A stretch of 64,000 bases of DNA, from assembly GCA_947478395.1 (NCBI GenBank), contig CANJVR010000003.1:352001-416000 (forward strand), given 5' to 3'. Under the pieces are notes generated by a model. That model saw only the letters and a program-made list of their open reading frames with translations, was not told where the DNA came from and did not search any database. Position 1 is the stretch's first letter, and every line of letters starts with the position of its first letter. This stretch comes from Opitutia bacterium. GTDB lineage: Bacteria; Verrucomicrobiota; Verrucomicrobiia; Opitutales; Opitutaceae. Below, in pieces: positions 27,441 to 36,637 of this stretch. The translations under genes and the position numbers were made by a program.

Positions 27441-29912
27441 ATGAGCGCGGCGGCCAATTTTCTGGACGTGGGCGGGGTGCCCTCACCCCGCATTGGGGGC
27501 GTCGAGCGGGGTCGGGGCACCCCGCCCACAGTTGGGAGAAAGCCATCCGTGACTTGCCGCCACTGCGGTGCCGTGCTGCTCGACGCCCGCATGCAGGAAT
27601 CCGGCTTCTGCTGCGTCGGCTGCGCCTACGTTTTCCGTCTCGTGCAGGAGCACGGCCTCGACGGCTATTACCGGATCAAGGACGAGATCACTGCGCCCGC
27701 GGATGCCGCGGTGTTTGAGTCTCGCGATTTCGGTTGGCTGGAAAGCGCGCAACGGGCAGCGGAGGATGCGACAAAAGAAATTCCGGGACTCACGCTCGAC
27801 GTTCAAGGCCTCTCGTGCGCCGGTTGCGTTTGGCTGATCGAGCGGATCTTTCAGCCTCTGCCGGGAGCGCGGGATATATTCGTCAACGCGCAGTACGGTT
27901 CGATGCGGCTGCGCTGGCAGCGCGGCGAATTTTCCGCGGTGGAGTTCGCGCGCAAGCTTCAGGGTTTCGGTTATCTCGTCGGGCCGGCCGGCGTGCATCC
28001 GGCTGAGCCGCAGAGCCGCGGGCTGGTGAAACGCATCGGGCTCTGCACGGCCTTCGCGATGAACGTCATGCTGTTCACGCTGCCGGCGTACTTCGGCATG
28101 GCGCCGACGTTTACTTATGCGCCGTTGTTTGGGCTGCTCTCGCTGGTGTTCGCGACGCTGAGCTTGCTCACGGGCGGAATTTATTTTTTTACGCGAGCGG
28201 CGCAGGCCTTGCGAGCCCGCGCGCTCAGCATCGATCTGCCGATCGCGCTCGGCATCGCCGGCGCCTACACGGGCTCGCTCTACGGCTGGTTCGCCGCGCA
28301 GGAACGCTTCATCTACTTCGATTTTGTTTCGGCCTTCATTCTCTTGATGCTCGTGGGACGTTGGGCGCAGGTCGCGGCGGTCGAGCGGAACCAGCGACGC
28401 TTGCTCTTACTGCAACCGCGCCCGCACGCGGTGAGGCTGGCCGATGGCCACACCGTTTCGCCGGAAAGTCTGCTCGGCCACGAAACGATGTTCATCGCTT
28501 CGGGTAATCTCGTCCCGGTCGAGGCGCGACTCGTGACGTCGAAAGCGGAGTTCTCGCTCGCGTCGATCAACGGCGAAGCCGAGCCGCGGTTGTTTTCCGC
28601 CGGTCAGCGTGTGCCCTCGGGCGCGATGAACGTGGGACGCGAGGACGTGTCACTCGTTGCACTCCAAGCGTGGGGCGAATCGCTGCTCGCGCAGTTGACG
28701 GCCCCGGCTGGAGCGTCGGGCTGGCGGCATGCGTTCCTGGAAAAAATTGTGCGCGGCTATCTCGCTGGGATTTTGCTCGCGGCCGCGCTGGCCGGCGTGG
28801 CGTGGTGGCTGGCGACCGGCGACGCGGTGCGGACGTGGGCGGTGGTGACTGCGACGCTGGTCGTGTCCTGCCCATGTGCCGTCGGACTCGCGTTTCCCCT
28901 CGCTGATGAAATGGCCACCGTGGCAGCGCGCCGGCGCGGCGTGTTTGTGCGCGAGGGCGAGTTGTGGGCGAAGCTCGGCCGTATCAGAAAAATCGTCTTC
29001 GACAAAACCGGGACGCTCACGTCGGAGACGCCGCAGCTGCAAAACCCCGAGGCCTTGGGCGCGTTGTTGCCCGAGCAACGCGCGGCTTTGCTCGCGCTCG
29101 TGCGGGCGCAATCGCATCCCGTGAGCCGGTGCCTGAGCGAGACCTTGCTCGCCGAGGCCGGCGGAAACGTGCTTGAAGGCGAGGTGCGTGAGACGGTGGG
29201 ATTTGGCGTCGAACTCGGAGATTGGTCGCTCGGTCGCAGCGGATGGCGCGACGCCAACGCGCCGGGTGATGAAACGGTGTTCGCGTTCGCCGGACGCGCG
29301 CTCGCGCGCTTTCGCTTCAGCGAGGCGATGCGCGCCGATGCGCGCGCCGAAGTGGCCGCACTTCGTGCGCGTGGATTTGAGGTGCACATTCTCAGCGGTG
29401 ATGCGCCGACAAAAGTCGAAGCGTTGGCGACGGCCCTCGGCTTGCCGTCCGCGCACGCTCGCTCGGCGATGTCGCCGCAGGAAAAGGCGGCGTGGCTCGA
29501 CGAGCACGGTGCAACCGACGCGTTGATGTTGGGCGACGGGGCCAACGATAGTCTGGCGTTTGATCGTGCGCTTTGTCGTGGCACGCCGGTGGTCCATCGC
29601 GGCGTGCTGGAGCGGAAGGCCGATTTTTATTATCTCGGCGGTGGCATTGGCGGGATTCGCGCTCTTATCGGGATCAACGCCGTGCGCCGCCGCACGCAGC
29701 GGATCATTTTGGGCTTCTCGATCCTCTACAATCTTCTCGCCGTCGGGCTCGCGGTGGCCGGCCAGATGAACCCGCTGCTCGCCGCCGCATTGATGCCGCT
29801 GAATTCGCTTCTGACCTTGGCGCTGGTGACGGCGGGAATGCGTTCCGCCTTTCGCGTCGAACCCAAGGATAAATCCCTTCCAGTCCAACTGGGCCAGACC
29901 GCGAGGGTTTGA
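27441..29912 (+). CDS. ccoI: CcoI/FixI P1B-type Cu ATPase
   Basis: CRHCG...FCCVGC, HMA CAGC, SCPCA, DKTGT, GDGAND. Alternative GTG start at 27549. Confidence 0.92.
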   Translation: MSAAANFLDVGGVPSPRIGGVERGRGTPPTVGRKPSVTCRHCGAVLLDARMQESGFCCVGCAYVFRLVQEHGLDGYYRIKDEITAPADAAVFESRDFGWLESAQRAAEDATKEIPGLTLDVQGLSCAGCVWLIERIFQPLPGARDIFVNAQYGSMRLRWQRGEFSAVEFARKLQGFGYLVGPAGVHPAEPQSRGLVKRIGLCTAFAMNVMLFTLPAYFGMAPTFTYAPLFGLLSLVFATLSLLTGGIYFFTRAAQALRARALSIDLPIALGIAGAYTGSLYGWFAAQERFIYFDFVSAFILLMLVGRWAQVAAVERNQRRLLLLQPRPHAVRLADGHTVSPESLLGHETMFIASGNLVPVEARLVTSKAEFSLASINGEAEPRLFSAGQRVPSGAMNVGREDVSLVALQAWGESLLAQLTAPAGASGWRHAFLEKIVRGYLAGILLAAALAGVAWWLATGDAVRTWAVVTATLVVSCPCAVGLAFPLADEMATVAARRRGVFVREGELWAKLGRIRKIVFDKTGTLTSETPQLQNPEALGALLPEQRAALLALVRAQSHPVSRCLSETLLAEAGGNVLEGEVRETVGFGVELGDWSLGRSGWRDANAPGDETVFAFAGRALARFRFSEAMRADARAEVAALRARGFEVHILSGDAPTKVEALATALGLPSAHARSAMSPQEKAAWLDEHGATDALMLGDGANDSLAFDRALCRGTPVVHRGVLERKADFYYLGGGIGGIRALIGINAVRRRTQRIILGFSILYNLLAVGLAVAGQMNPLLAAALMPLNSLLTLALVTAGMRSAFRVEPKDKSLPVQLGQTARV
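27468..27529. repeat. REP doublet (REPIN-like), GTGG-headed
   Basis: 24-bp inverted arms 27468-27491 and 27506-27529 (2 mismatches); each arm is itself a hairpin, GCGGGGTG-CCCT-CACCCCGC. Confidence 0.8.
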
Positions 29913-30101
29913 ATCTCCGCGGCTTAGGCGCGAGTCGGTCGCGAAGAGGAGGGCGCGTTCCTCGATCGAAAATCCGGGATCTTCGACCTGATCGGTGGGA
30001 TCGGCGCTGGGGTTCGCTTCGTCTGTCCGCCGGGATACTTTTCGTATTTTGACTTCGCGCCGATTTTTTTCATTCGTGGTGGTCCCGCTAAATTTTACCC
30101 C

Positions 30102-30905
30102 ATGAAAAAATATCTCGTCCCCACGCTCGCGCTCGTCGCGCTGCTCCCGTTTGCGCTCGCGCAAGCACCCGCTCCGGTTGCCGCCCCGGCCGCCCCCGCT
30201 GCGGCGCCGACTCCGCCCGTGCATGTCGATGCTTCGGCGGCCATCGAGAAAAAGGATGCCACCGGAAAATTCCAAAAGCGCCACGCCGACTTTTTGGCCC
30301 GCGGCAAAGAGGGACCGATGGGCGTGCTCTTTCTCGGCGATTCCATCACCGAGGGCTGGACGAAGGCGCCGCACATCTGGGAGCATTATTACGGAAAAAT
30401 GCAGCCGGCCAATTTCGGGATCGGCGGCGACCAAACGCAGCACGTCGTCTGGCGGATCGAGAACGGCGAACTCGACGGTATCCATCCCAAGGTCGTCGTG
30501 CTGATGCTCGGCACCAATAACTCGGGCAGCCACACCGCCGATGAGATCGCGGCCGCAGACAAAAAGATTGTCGCGATGATTCGCGCGAAAATCCCGGAAA
30601 CGAAAGTGCTACTGCTCGCGATTTTCCCCCGCGGTCCCTCAAAAGACCGGCAGACCAATGCCGTGACCGAACGGACCATTGGGCTCGCCGCCAAGGCCAT
30701 GGCCACAATCACGGCGGCGAACGACCAGCTCGCGAAGCTCGATGACGGCGTGAACATCCGCTACCTCGACGTCGGGAAAAAATTTCTCGGCGACGACGGC
30801 AAGATCCCGTCGATCATCATGCCCGATCAACTGCACCCGACCGCTGCTGGCTATCAACTCTGGGCCGAGGCCATGCAGCCCTTGCTCGTAGAGATGATGA
30901 AGTAA
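30102..30905 (+). CDS. Secreted GDSL/SGNH acetylhydrolase (PAF-AH-like)
   Basis: FLGDSITEGW, GIGGD, GTNN, DQLHP; signal peptide plus Pro/Ala linker. Confidence 0.92.
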   Translation: MKKYLVPTLALVALLPFALAQAPAPVAAPAAPAAAPTPPVHVDASAAIEKKDATGKFQKRHADFLARGKEGPMGVLFLGDSITEGWTKAPHIWEHYYGKMQPANFGIGGDQTQHVVWRIENGELDGIHPKVVVLMLGTNNSGSHTADEIAAADKKIVAMIRAKIPETKVLLLAIFPRGPSKDRQTNAVTERTIGLAAKAMATITAANDQLAKLDDGVNIRYLDVGKKFLGDDGKIPSIIMPDQLHPTAAGYQLWAEAMQPLLVEMMK

Positions 30906-31032
30906 ATTGGCGGTCGTCCGGACCAAGGCTCCACGTGGGCCCCGGTCTGTGAATGGCTTTTGAGAGGGCGTTTAAGACGCCTCGAATCCGAACGTCCGAG
31001 CAGCGGAACGTGAAAGCCTTGTGGCTTTGGCC

Positions 31033-31355
31033 ATGAGCAACGAAATTACGCCGTTTGAACAGATCCGCCGGACCAACGCGGCGGGCAGCGGCTGGAAGAC
31101 CATTTCGTTGATATCACCGAAATGGTCGAGATCGGTAAGGGCGGGCAGCGTCCGGTGAAAACCGTGATGATGTCGCGCTACGCCTGCTACCTCGTCATCC
31201 AGAATGCCGATCCGGCCAAGGCAATCGTCGCCGTCGGCCAAACCTACTTCGCCGTCCAGACCCGCCGGCCGGAACTGAATGATCGTGAAATCGAAGATCA
31301 GCGTCGCCTCACCATCCGCTCGGAGCTGCGCCTACACAACAACCAGCTGGCCAAC
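31033..31355 (+). pseudogene. dinD: DNA damage-inducible protein D remnant (internal deletion, frameshift, truncated)
   Basis: MSNEITPFEQIRRTNAAG in one frame; DHFVDITEMVEIGKGGQR...SRYACYLVIQNADPAK..VAVGQTYFAVQTRR in another; C-terminal half absent. Confidence 0.85.
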
Positions 31356-31396
31356 TCAGATGATCCTGGTGATCCGACGATCGGTTCCGCGCCAAA

Positions 31397-32791
31397 TCAC
31401 GTCGCCGCGGTGACGAACGGCGTCGCCCGCTCGGCTTCGAGGCGCGGGAGCCGGACGATGAATTCAGTCCACGTCTCATCGGCGCGACCGAGCGCGAGGC
31501 TGCCCTTGTGCGCTTGGACGATGGCGCGGCACAAACTCAGCCCGAGTCCGCTGCCGCCCGACGCGCGGTTGCGATCGCTGTCGAGCCGGAAGAACCGCTG
31601 GAAAAGCTCCGCGTGTTTTTCGGCGGGAATACCGCGGCCGGTGTTGGCGAGCGAGAACACCACCTCGGCTCCTTCTGCTTTCAACTCGAAGCGCAGTTCG
31701 CCGTTCGGCTGGTTGTAGCGCACGGCGTTGTCGACCAGGTTCAGCAACACGCGGCGCAGTAGCACGGCATCGCCGGTGACGCGCAATTCGGGCGCGACGA
31801 TCGTCGCGATTTTGATGCGCGCGGGCGCGGCCATGAGTTCGGCGTCTTCGATGGCTTCGGTGACCTGGGCGCTGAAATCGACGGGTAAAAATTCGAGCTG
31901 GGTTTTTCCCGCGTCGAACCGGGCGAGCAAGAGGAGATTCGCGGAGATTTTTTGCAGTGAACCGGTTTGTTCGAGCAGGCTCACGAGCAGTTTTTCATGC
32001 TCGGGATTGCCCGTGGTGGAGCGCAGGGCCTCCTCGATTTCGCCGCGCAGGATCGTCAGCGGCGTGCGCAATTCGTGCGAGGCATCGGCGGTGAAACGTG
32101 AGGCCTGCTCGAAGCTGCGTTGCAGGCGGTCGAACATCGCGTTCAACACGCGGGTGTGGCGGCCGATCTCGTCGTCGGCCGGCAGGACCGGCAGGCGCGC
32201 ATCGAGTCGCTCCGCGGTGATCGCAGCGGCGGCGGCGGTGATGTCGACGATCGGCCGGAGCGCGCGGCCGGCCATCCACCAACTGCCCAACCCGACGACG
32301 ACGAGGACGACGGGCAGCGCGAGAAAATAAGCGGTCAGCAACTGCTCGACGGTCTCGCGCGCCGGTGCCGCGTCCGCCGCGATGAGTAACCGCAGGTCAC
32401 CCCGTTTGAAATTTGCCAGGCGCAGCCGGCGGTCGCCGAGGCGCGCAAAGAAGAAACGCCGGCCGGACAGCGGGCGTTGCACGACGGGATTCAGGTCGGC
32501 GGGATAAACGTACAGGACGGTGCCCTTGGCCTCGAGGACGGCAAAACCATAGATCGACTTGGCGTTCTGCAAAACCGCAGCGGAGCGTTCGGCGCCGAGC
32601 CAGGCCTCGTTCGACGACGTCGGCATTTCCGCCGCGAGCAGATTCGAATTGGCCGTCAACCGGTGGTCGATCTCGGCGATTTCCTCGCGGTAGACATTGA
32701 GCGCAGACACCACGCCCAGCGTGAGCAACGCGAGCCCGGTCACCAACGCTGACCAAAGCGTGAGTTTCGTGCGCAGCCGCCAGCGATTCAT
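31397..32791 (-). CDS. HAMP sensor histidine kinase (CusS/CzcS-like)
   Basis: Two TMs, HAMP, FTADASHELRTPL, NLVDNAVRY, GGSGLGL. Confidence 0.93.
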   Translation of the reverse strand: MNRWRLRTKLTLWSALVTGLALLTLGVVSALNVYREEIAEIDHRLTANSNLLAAEMPTSSNEAWLGAERSAAVLQNAKSIYGFAVLEAKGTVLYVYPADLNPVVQRPLSGRRFFFARLGDRRLRLANFKRGDLRLLIAADAAPARETVEQLLTAYFLALPVVLVVVGLGSWWMAGRALRPIVDITAAAAAITAERLDARLPVLPADDEIGRHTRVLNAMFDRLQRSFEQASRFTADASHELRTPLTILRGEIEEALRSTTGNPEHEKLLVSLLEQTGSLQKISANLLLLARFDAGKTQLEFLPVDFSAQVTEAIEDAELMAAPARIKIATIVAPELRVTGDAVLLRRVLLNLVDNAVRYNQPNGELRFELKAEGAEVVFSLANTGRGIPAEKHAELFQRFFRLDSDRNRASGGSGLGLSLCRAIVQAHKGSLALGRADETWTEFIVRLPRLEAERATPFVTAAT

Positions 32792-33462
32792 AGGCCGGCT
32801 TTCAACGTGTACCCCACGCCCCGCACCGTCTGCACCAAGGGCACGGCGTGGCCGTCGTCGATTTTGCGGCGCAGGCGCTGGATGCCGACGTCGACCACGT
32901 TCGTGCCCGGATCGAAATGATAATCCCACACGTGTTCGCACAACTGCGTGCGCGTGTGCACGCGGCCGGGCGAGCGCATCAGATACTCCAGCAGCGCAAA
33001 CTCCCGGGTGGTGAGTTCGACTTTTCTCCCGGCGCGGCGCACCTCGCGGGTCGTCAGGTTGAGCGTGAGTTCACCGAGCTGGAGGAGGCTCAGGCCTTCG
33101 CCTGACAACCGACGCCAGACCGCACGGAGGCGCGCGATCAGCTCCTCGATGGAAAACGGTTTGGTGATGTAGTCGTCCGCGCCAAGGTTGAGGCCCTCGA
33201 CCCGTTCGGAAAGGCCTTCGCGCGCCGTGAGCAAAATGATCGGAACGCGGTTACGCTGTTCCCGCAGTTCCCGCAACACGCTGAGGCCGTCGCGTCCCGG
33301 GAGCATGATATCGAGCACCAGTGCGTCGAAACTTTCCGTGGACGCGAGATGCAGGGCATCGTCGCCGCGGTGGCAGACCGTGGGATTGAAACCGACCTCG
33401 CTGAGGCCTTTGCGCACGAAGGCCGCGATTTTCTTTTCGTCTTCCGCAATGAGGATGCGCAT
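32788..33462 (-). CDS. OmpR family response regulator (CusR/CzcR-like)
   Basis: MRILIAEDE, LDIMLPG, GADDYITKPF, VWDYHFDPGTNVVDV, TVRGVGY. Confidence 0.95.
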   Translation of the reverse strand: MRILIAEDEKKIAAFVRKGLSEVGFNPTVCHRGDDALHLASTESFDALVLDIMLPGRDGLSVLRELREQRNRVPIILLTAREGLSERVEGLNLGADDYITKPFSIEELIARLRAVWRRLSGEGLSLLQLGELTLNLTTREVRRAGRKVELTTREFALLEYLMRSPGRVHTRTQLCEHVWDYHFDPGTNVVDVGIQRLRRKIDDGHAVPLVQTVRGVGYTLKAGL

Positions 33463-33536
33463 GGGGGCAAAGCTGTCAGCGTGAACGGGCTCCGACAAGA
33501 GTCGGCCTCGGTTCACGGCGAGATGCGAATGGGCGA

Positions 33537-33881
33537 TTAATCGATGTCGAGCACCTTGCCATTCCCGGCGTCGATTTCGACCTCTTTGATTTTTCCGTCG
33601 GCCCCAACCACATCGAACGAATATTGGAGATTCCCGTCTTCGACTTCGAGTTCGGCCTTGATGACCTTGCCCGGGGCGGCGTCGAGAGCGGCCTTGAGCG
33701 CCACCTCCATCGAGATCTTGGCGAGGCCAGGGAGGTCGGCCGGCTGTACCTTACCCGTGGGGCGGATCGAAGCGACGGCGGTGGATTTCTTCTCGGCTTT
33801 GTCTGCGGAGCACGAGCTGGCCGCGCAGACCATGCCGAGCGCGAGAGCGCCGGAGATAAGGAAGGTACGGATATTTTTCAT
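33537..33881 (-). CDS. Secreted PepSY domain protein
   Basis: Signal peptide; AKISMEVALKAAL...PGKVIKAELE...EVEIDAGNGKVL. Confidence 0.88.
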   Translation of the reverse strand: MKNIRTFLISGALALGMVCAASSCSADKAEKKSTAVASIRPTGKVQPADLPGLAKISMEVALKAALDAAPGKVIKAELEVEDGNLQYSFDVVGADGKIKEVEIDAGNGKVLDID

Positions 33882-33975
33882 GACGAAGGGAAGAAGATGG
33901 TTTGCGCCGTGATCGGCGGGATAGCAGTCACGGCGAACTGTACACGGCAAAAATGGCGAAGGGAATCTCCGCTCC

Positions 33976-33991
33976 ATGACAAAACGGTCAT
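33976..33991. promoter_or_regulatory. CusR/CopR-type box 1
   Basis: ATGAC-AAAACG-GTCAT in the divergent promoter region. Confidence 0.75.
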
Positions 33992-34105
33992 GCCCCCACC
34001 GGGTTGCGGGCGCCGGGTTTGCCTCGGTAAATTACAACTCCGTCATCATCGGCGTCACACCCGCGTTACTTTTTTCCGCTACGCTGCCCGCCCGATTCCA
34101 AACGC

Positions 34106-36544
34106 ATGAAACTGTATCGTCTCGCCGCGCTGTCCTTCGCTCTTTCCGTCGCTTTGATGGCCCAAAAAACCGGGGAGGGGAGTGCCACCGGCACGATTGC
34201 CGATTCGGCGACCGGCCGTCCGGTGGAATACGTGGCCGTCACGGTTAAAAACAAATCCGATGGTCAGGCGGTGCGCTCGGGCGCGACGGACGCCAAAGGG
34301 GCTTTCGATTTGGAGAAAATCCCGTTCGGCCGTTACGATCTAAGTTACGGATTGGTGGGCTCCGACACACCCGACACCGCCGAATTCACGCTCGATGCCC
34401 AGCACGGCACCGCGAATCTTGGGCGCCTGCTGCTGACTGGGAGCAGCGTGGTGAAGCTGGACAAAGTGGAGGTGACGACCGGCAAGGAGGCCTTCTACAA
34501 TTCGATCGACCGGAAAGTCTACAACGTCGGCAAGGACATCCAGAGTGTCACGGGCTCGGCGAGCGAGCTGCTCGCGAACGTACCGTCGGTGCAGGTCGAT
34601 ATCGAGGGCAACGTCAGCCTGCGCGGCGATGCCAACGTGCTGATCTTGGTGAACGGTAAAACCTCCACGATGATGGGCAAAAATCGGGCCGCCGTCCTCG
34701 AGCAGATGCCTGCCGATGGCATCGAAAAAATCGAGGTCATCACCAACCCCTCCGCGAAATACAAACCCGACGGAACCGGCGGGATCATCAATATCACGCT
34801 GAAGAAAAAACAGGACCCCGGCTATTCCGGCAGCGCGCGCGCCTCCATCGGCAACAATCAGCGCTACAACGGGAGCGTCACCGCGAATTTCAACCCAGGG
34901 AAATACAACATCTACGGCAGCGCCAGCGTGCGTCAGGACGACCGGCCGCGCTCGGTGCACGACGAACGTTCCCATCCCGACGCCACCGGCACGCCGGTCG
35001 CCACCACTCAGGTTACCGCTGAGCATTCCCGGCCTCTGTCGCGCATCGTTCAGGCGGGCTTGGATTACAAAGCCGACGACCAGACGAAGATCGGCGGTTC
35101 GGTACATTATAACTACCGCGATTTTGTCCGTCACACCGTGGTTTCAAATCTCACGCGGACGGGTGGCGTTGTGACCACCGACTACGACCGGGTCCGCACC
35201 GATCCAGAATACGAAAAGGATTTGGAATTTACGGGGACGTTGCAGCACTCATTCGCCAAGGAGGGCGAGGAGCTGAACTTCGAGCTGCGCAACGGCAAGA
35301 CCACGGAGCAGGAGGACAACCGCTACGCGAACATCTACCGCGACGGCAGCACCACTCGCCCGCTCGACAACGAACTGCTCAAGAATATCGAGACAAACAC
35401 CGAAGCCGCGGCGGACTACGCGAATCCGTTTGGCGAGGATGCGAAACTGGAATCCGGCTACAACGGCCAGTGGAACCAGGTCGACATGGATTTTCGCGGG
35501 AGTTTTTTCGACCCGACGACGCAGGCATGGCGGGCGGATAGTTCCCGGACCAACCGCTTTGTCTACGACGGCGAGATTCACGCGCTCTACAGTACCTTAG
35601 CGCGTAAGTTCGGGGCCTTCGGACTGCTCGCTGGCCTGCGTTTCGAACAGGCCACCATTCACACAAATCAAATCACCGCCGGGCTGAAGGACAGAAACGA
35701 GTACAACCATTTTTATCCTAGCCTCCACCTCAGCTATAATTTGTCGGACGCCCAACAGCTCCAGTTGAACTACAGCCATCGCGTTCATCGTCCCGAGGGC
35801 GACGATCTTAATCCCTTTCCGCAGTACGATGATCCCAGCAATTTGCGCGTGGGTAATCCCCGCCTGCGGCCCGAAGACATCCATTCCGTCGAGGCGGGCT
35901 ACCAATACAAAAATAACGACACGACCTACCTCGCCACCGTTTACTACCGCTATCGTTACAATGGCATGACTGAGGTCCGTCGTTTTGTGAACAGCGTCAC
36001 GCTGCTGCCGGACTCGAACGGCACCACGCTGCTCACCACGCGGGAAAACCTCGGAGTCAACCGTTCCAGCGGTCTCGAATTCGGCGCCACCACGCGGTTG
36101 AAGGAACGCCTCTCACTGAATTTTAGTTCGAACGTGTATCGCTCGGAGATCGATGCCAGCAACCTCGGTTTCAGCGCGCGGCGCACCGCCATCGCGTGGG
36201 ACGCGAAGCTCAACCTGAACTTCGACGTGTCGAAAACCACGCTCGTCCAGTTGAACACCAACTACACCGCGAAACGCCTCACGCCGCAGGGTTATCGATA
36301 TCCCACCTATCTCGCGAACGTGGGCCTGCGCCACAATTTCAAGGACAAGAAAATGGCGTTTATTCTCAGTGTATCGGATATCTTAAATTCGCTGAAGGAA
36401 CGGACGCTGGTCGACACGCCGACCTTGCGGCAGGAAGTCACCCGTCGGCGCAGTTCACGAATCCTCTATGCTGGTTTCATCTATAATTTCGGCAAACCGG
36501 CCAAAAAATCGAAAGACGATCTCCAGTTCGACAACGCGCTCTGA
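34106..36544 (+). CDS. TonB-dependent outer membrane receptor with N-terminal carboxypeptidase-regulatory-like domain
   Basis: Signal peptide; plug IEKIEVITNPSAKY..GTGGIINI; GNPRLRPE; C-terminal GFIYNFG. Confidence 0.9.
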   Translation: MKLYRLAALSFALSVALMAQKTGEGSATGTIADSATGRPVEYVAVTVKNKSDGQAVRSGATDAKGAFDLEKIPFGRYDLSYGLVGSDTPDTAEFTLDAQHGTANLGRLLLTGSSVVKLDKVEVTTGKEAFYNSIDRKVYNVGKDIQSVTGSASELLANVPSVQVDIEGNVSLRGDANVLILVNGKTSTMMGKNRAAVLEQMPADGIEKIEVITNPSAKYKPDGTGGIINITLKKKQDPGYSGSARASIGNNQRYNGSVTANFNPGKYNIYGSASVRQDDRPRSVHDERSHPDATGTPVATTQVTAEHSRPLSRIVQAGLDYKADDQTKIGGSVHYNYRDFVRHTVVSNLTRTGGVVTTDYDRVRTDPEYEKDLEFTGTLQHSFAKEGEELNFELRNGKTTEQEDNRYANIYRDGSTTRPLDNELLKNIETNTEAAADYANPFGEDAKLESGYNGQWNQVDMDFRGSFFDPTTQAWRADSSRTNRFVYDGEIHALYSTLARKFGAFGLLAGLRFEQATIHTNQITAGLKDRNEYNHFYPSLHLSYNLSDAQQLQLNYSHRVHRPEGDDLNPFPQYDDPSNLRVGNPRLRPEDIHSVEAGYQYKNNDTTYLATVYYRYRYNGMTEVRRFVNSVTLLPDSNGTTLLTTRENLGVNRSSGLEFGATTRLKERLSLNFSSNVYRSEIDASNLGFSARRTAIAWDAKLNLNFDVSKTTLVQLNTNYTAKRLTPQGYRYPTYLANVGLRHNFKDKKMAFILSVSDILNSLKERTLVDTPTLRQEVTRRRSSRILYAGFIYNFGKPAKKSKDDLQFDNAL

Positions 36545-36562
36545 TCCACCGCCTCTCCTCAA

Positions 36563-36578
36563 ATGACAAAAACGTCAT
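36563..36578. promoter_or_regulatory. CusR/CopR-type box 2
   Basis: ATGAC-AAAAAC-GTCAT upstream of the YncE-efflux genes. Confidence 0.75.
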
Positions 36579-36637
36579 ATGCCGCCTGTTGCCACTCCTG
36601 CGGCGCTGCACCCAGCTCACGTCAGTTCCTTCACCCT

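Noticed and set aside
28650..30533. 627-aa minus-strand ORF and other long antisense ORFs (e.g. 24479-25687, 40088-41215, 62182-63378)
   Set aside because: Shadow frames of well-supported genes in GC-rich DNA; Arg/Ala-rich with no motifs.
8497..31400. Integrative element/prophage inserted at tRNA-Glu
   Set aside because: No integrase, transposase or phage structural gene, and I found no repeat of the tRNA 3' end (attR) in the window.
31122..31718. 198-aa intact DinD ORF
   Set aside because: Similarity ends near 31355; the rest is read-through antisense to the kinase, and the true N-terminus is in another frame.
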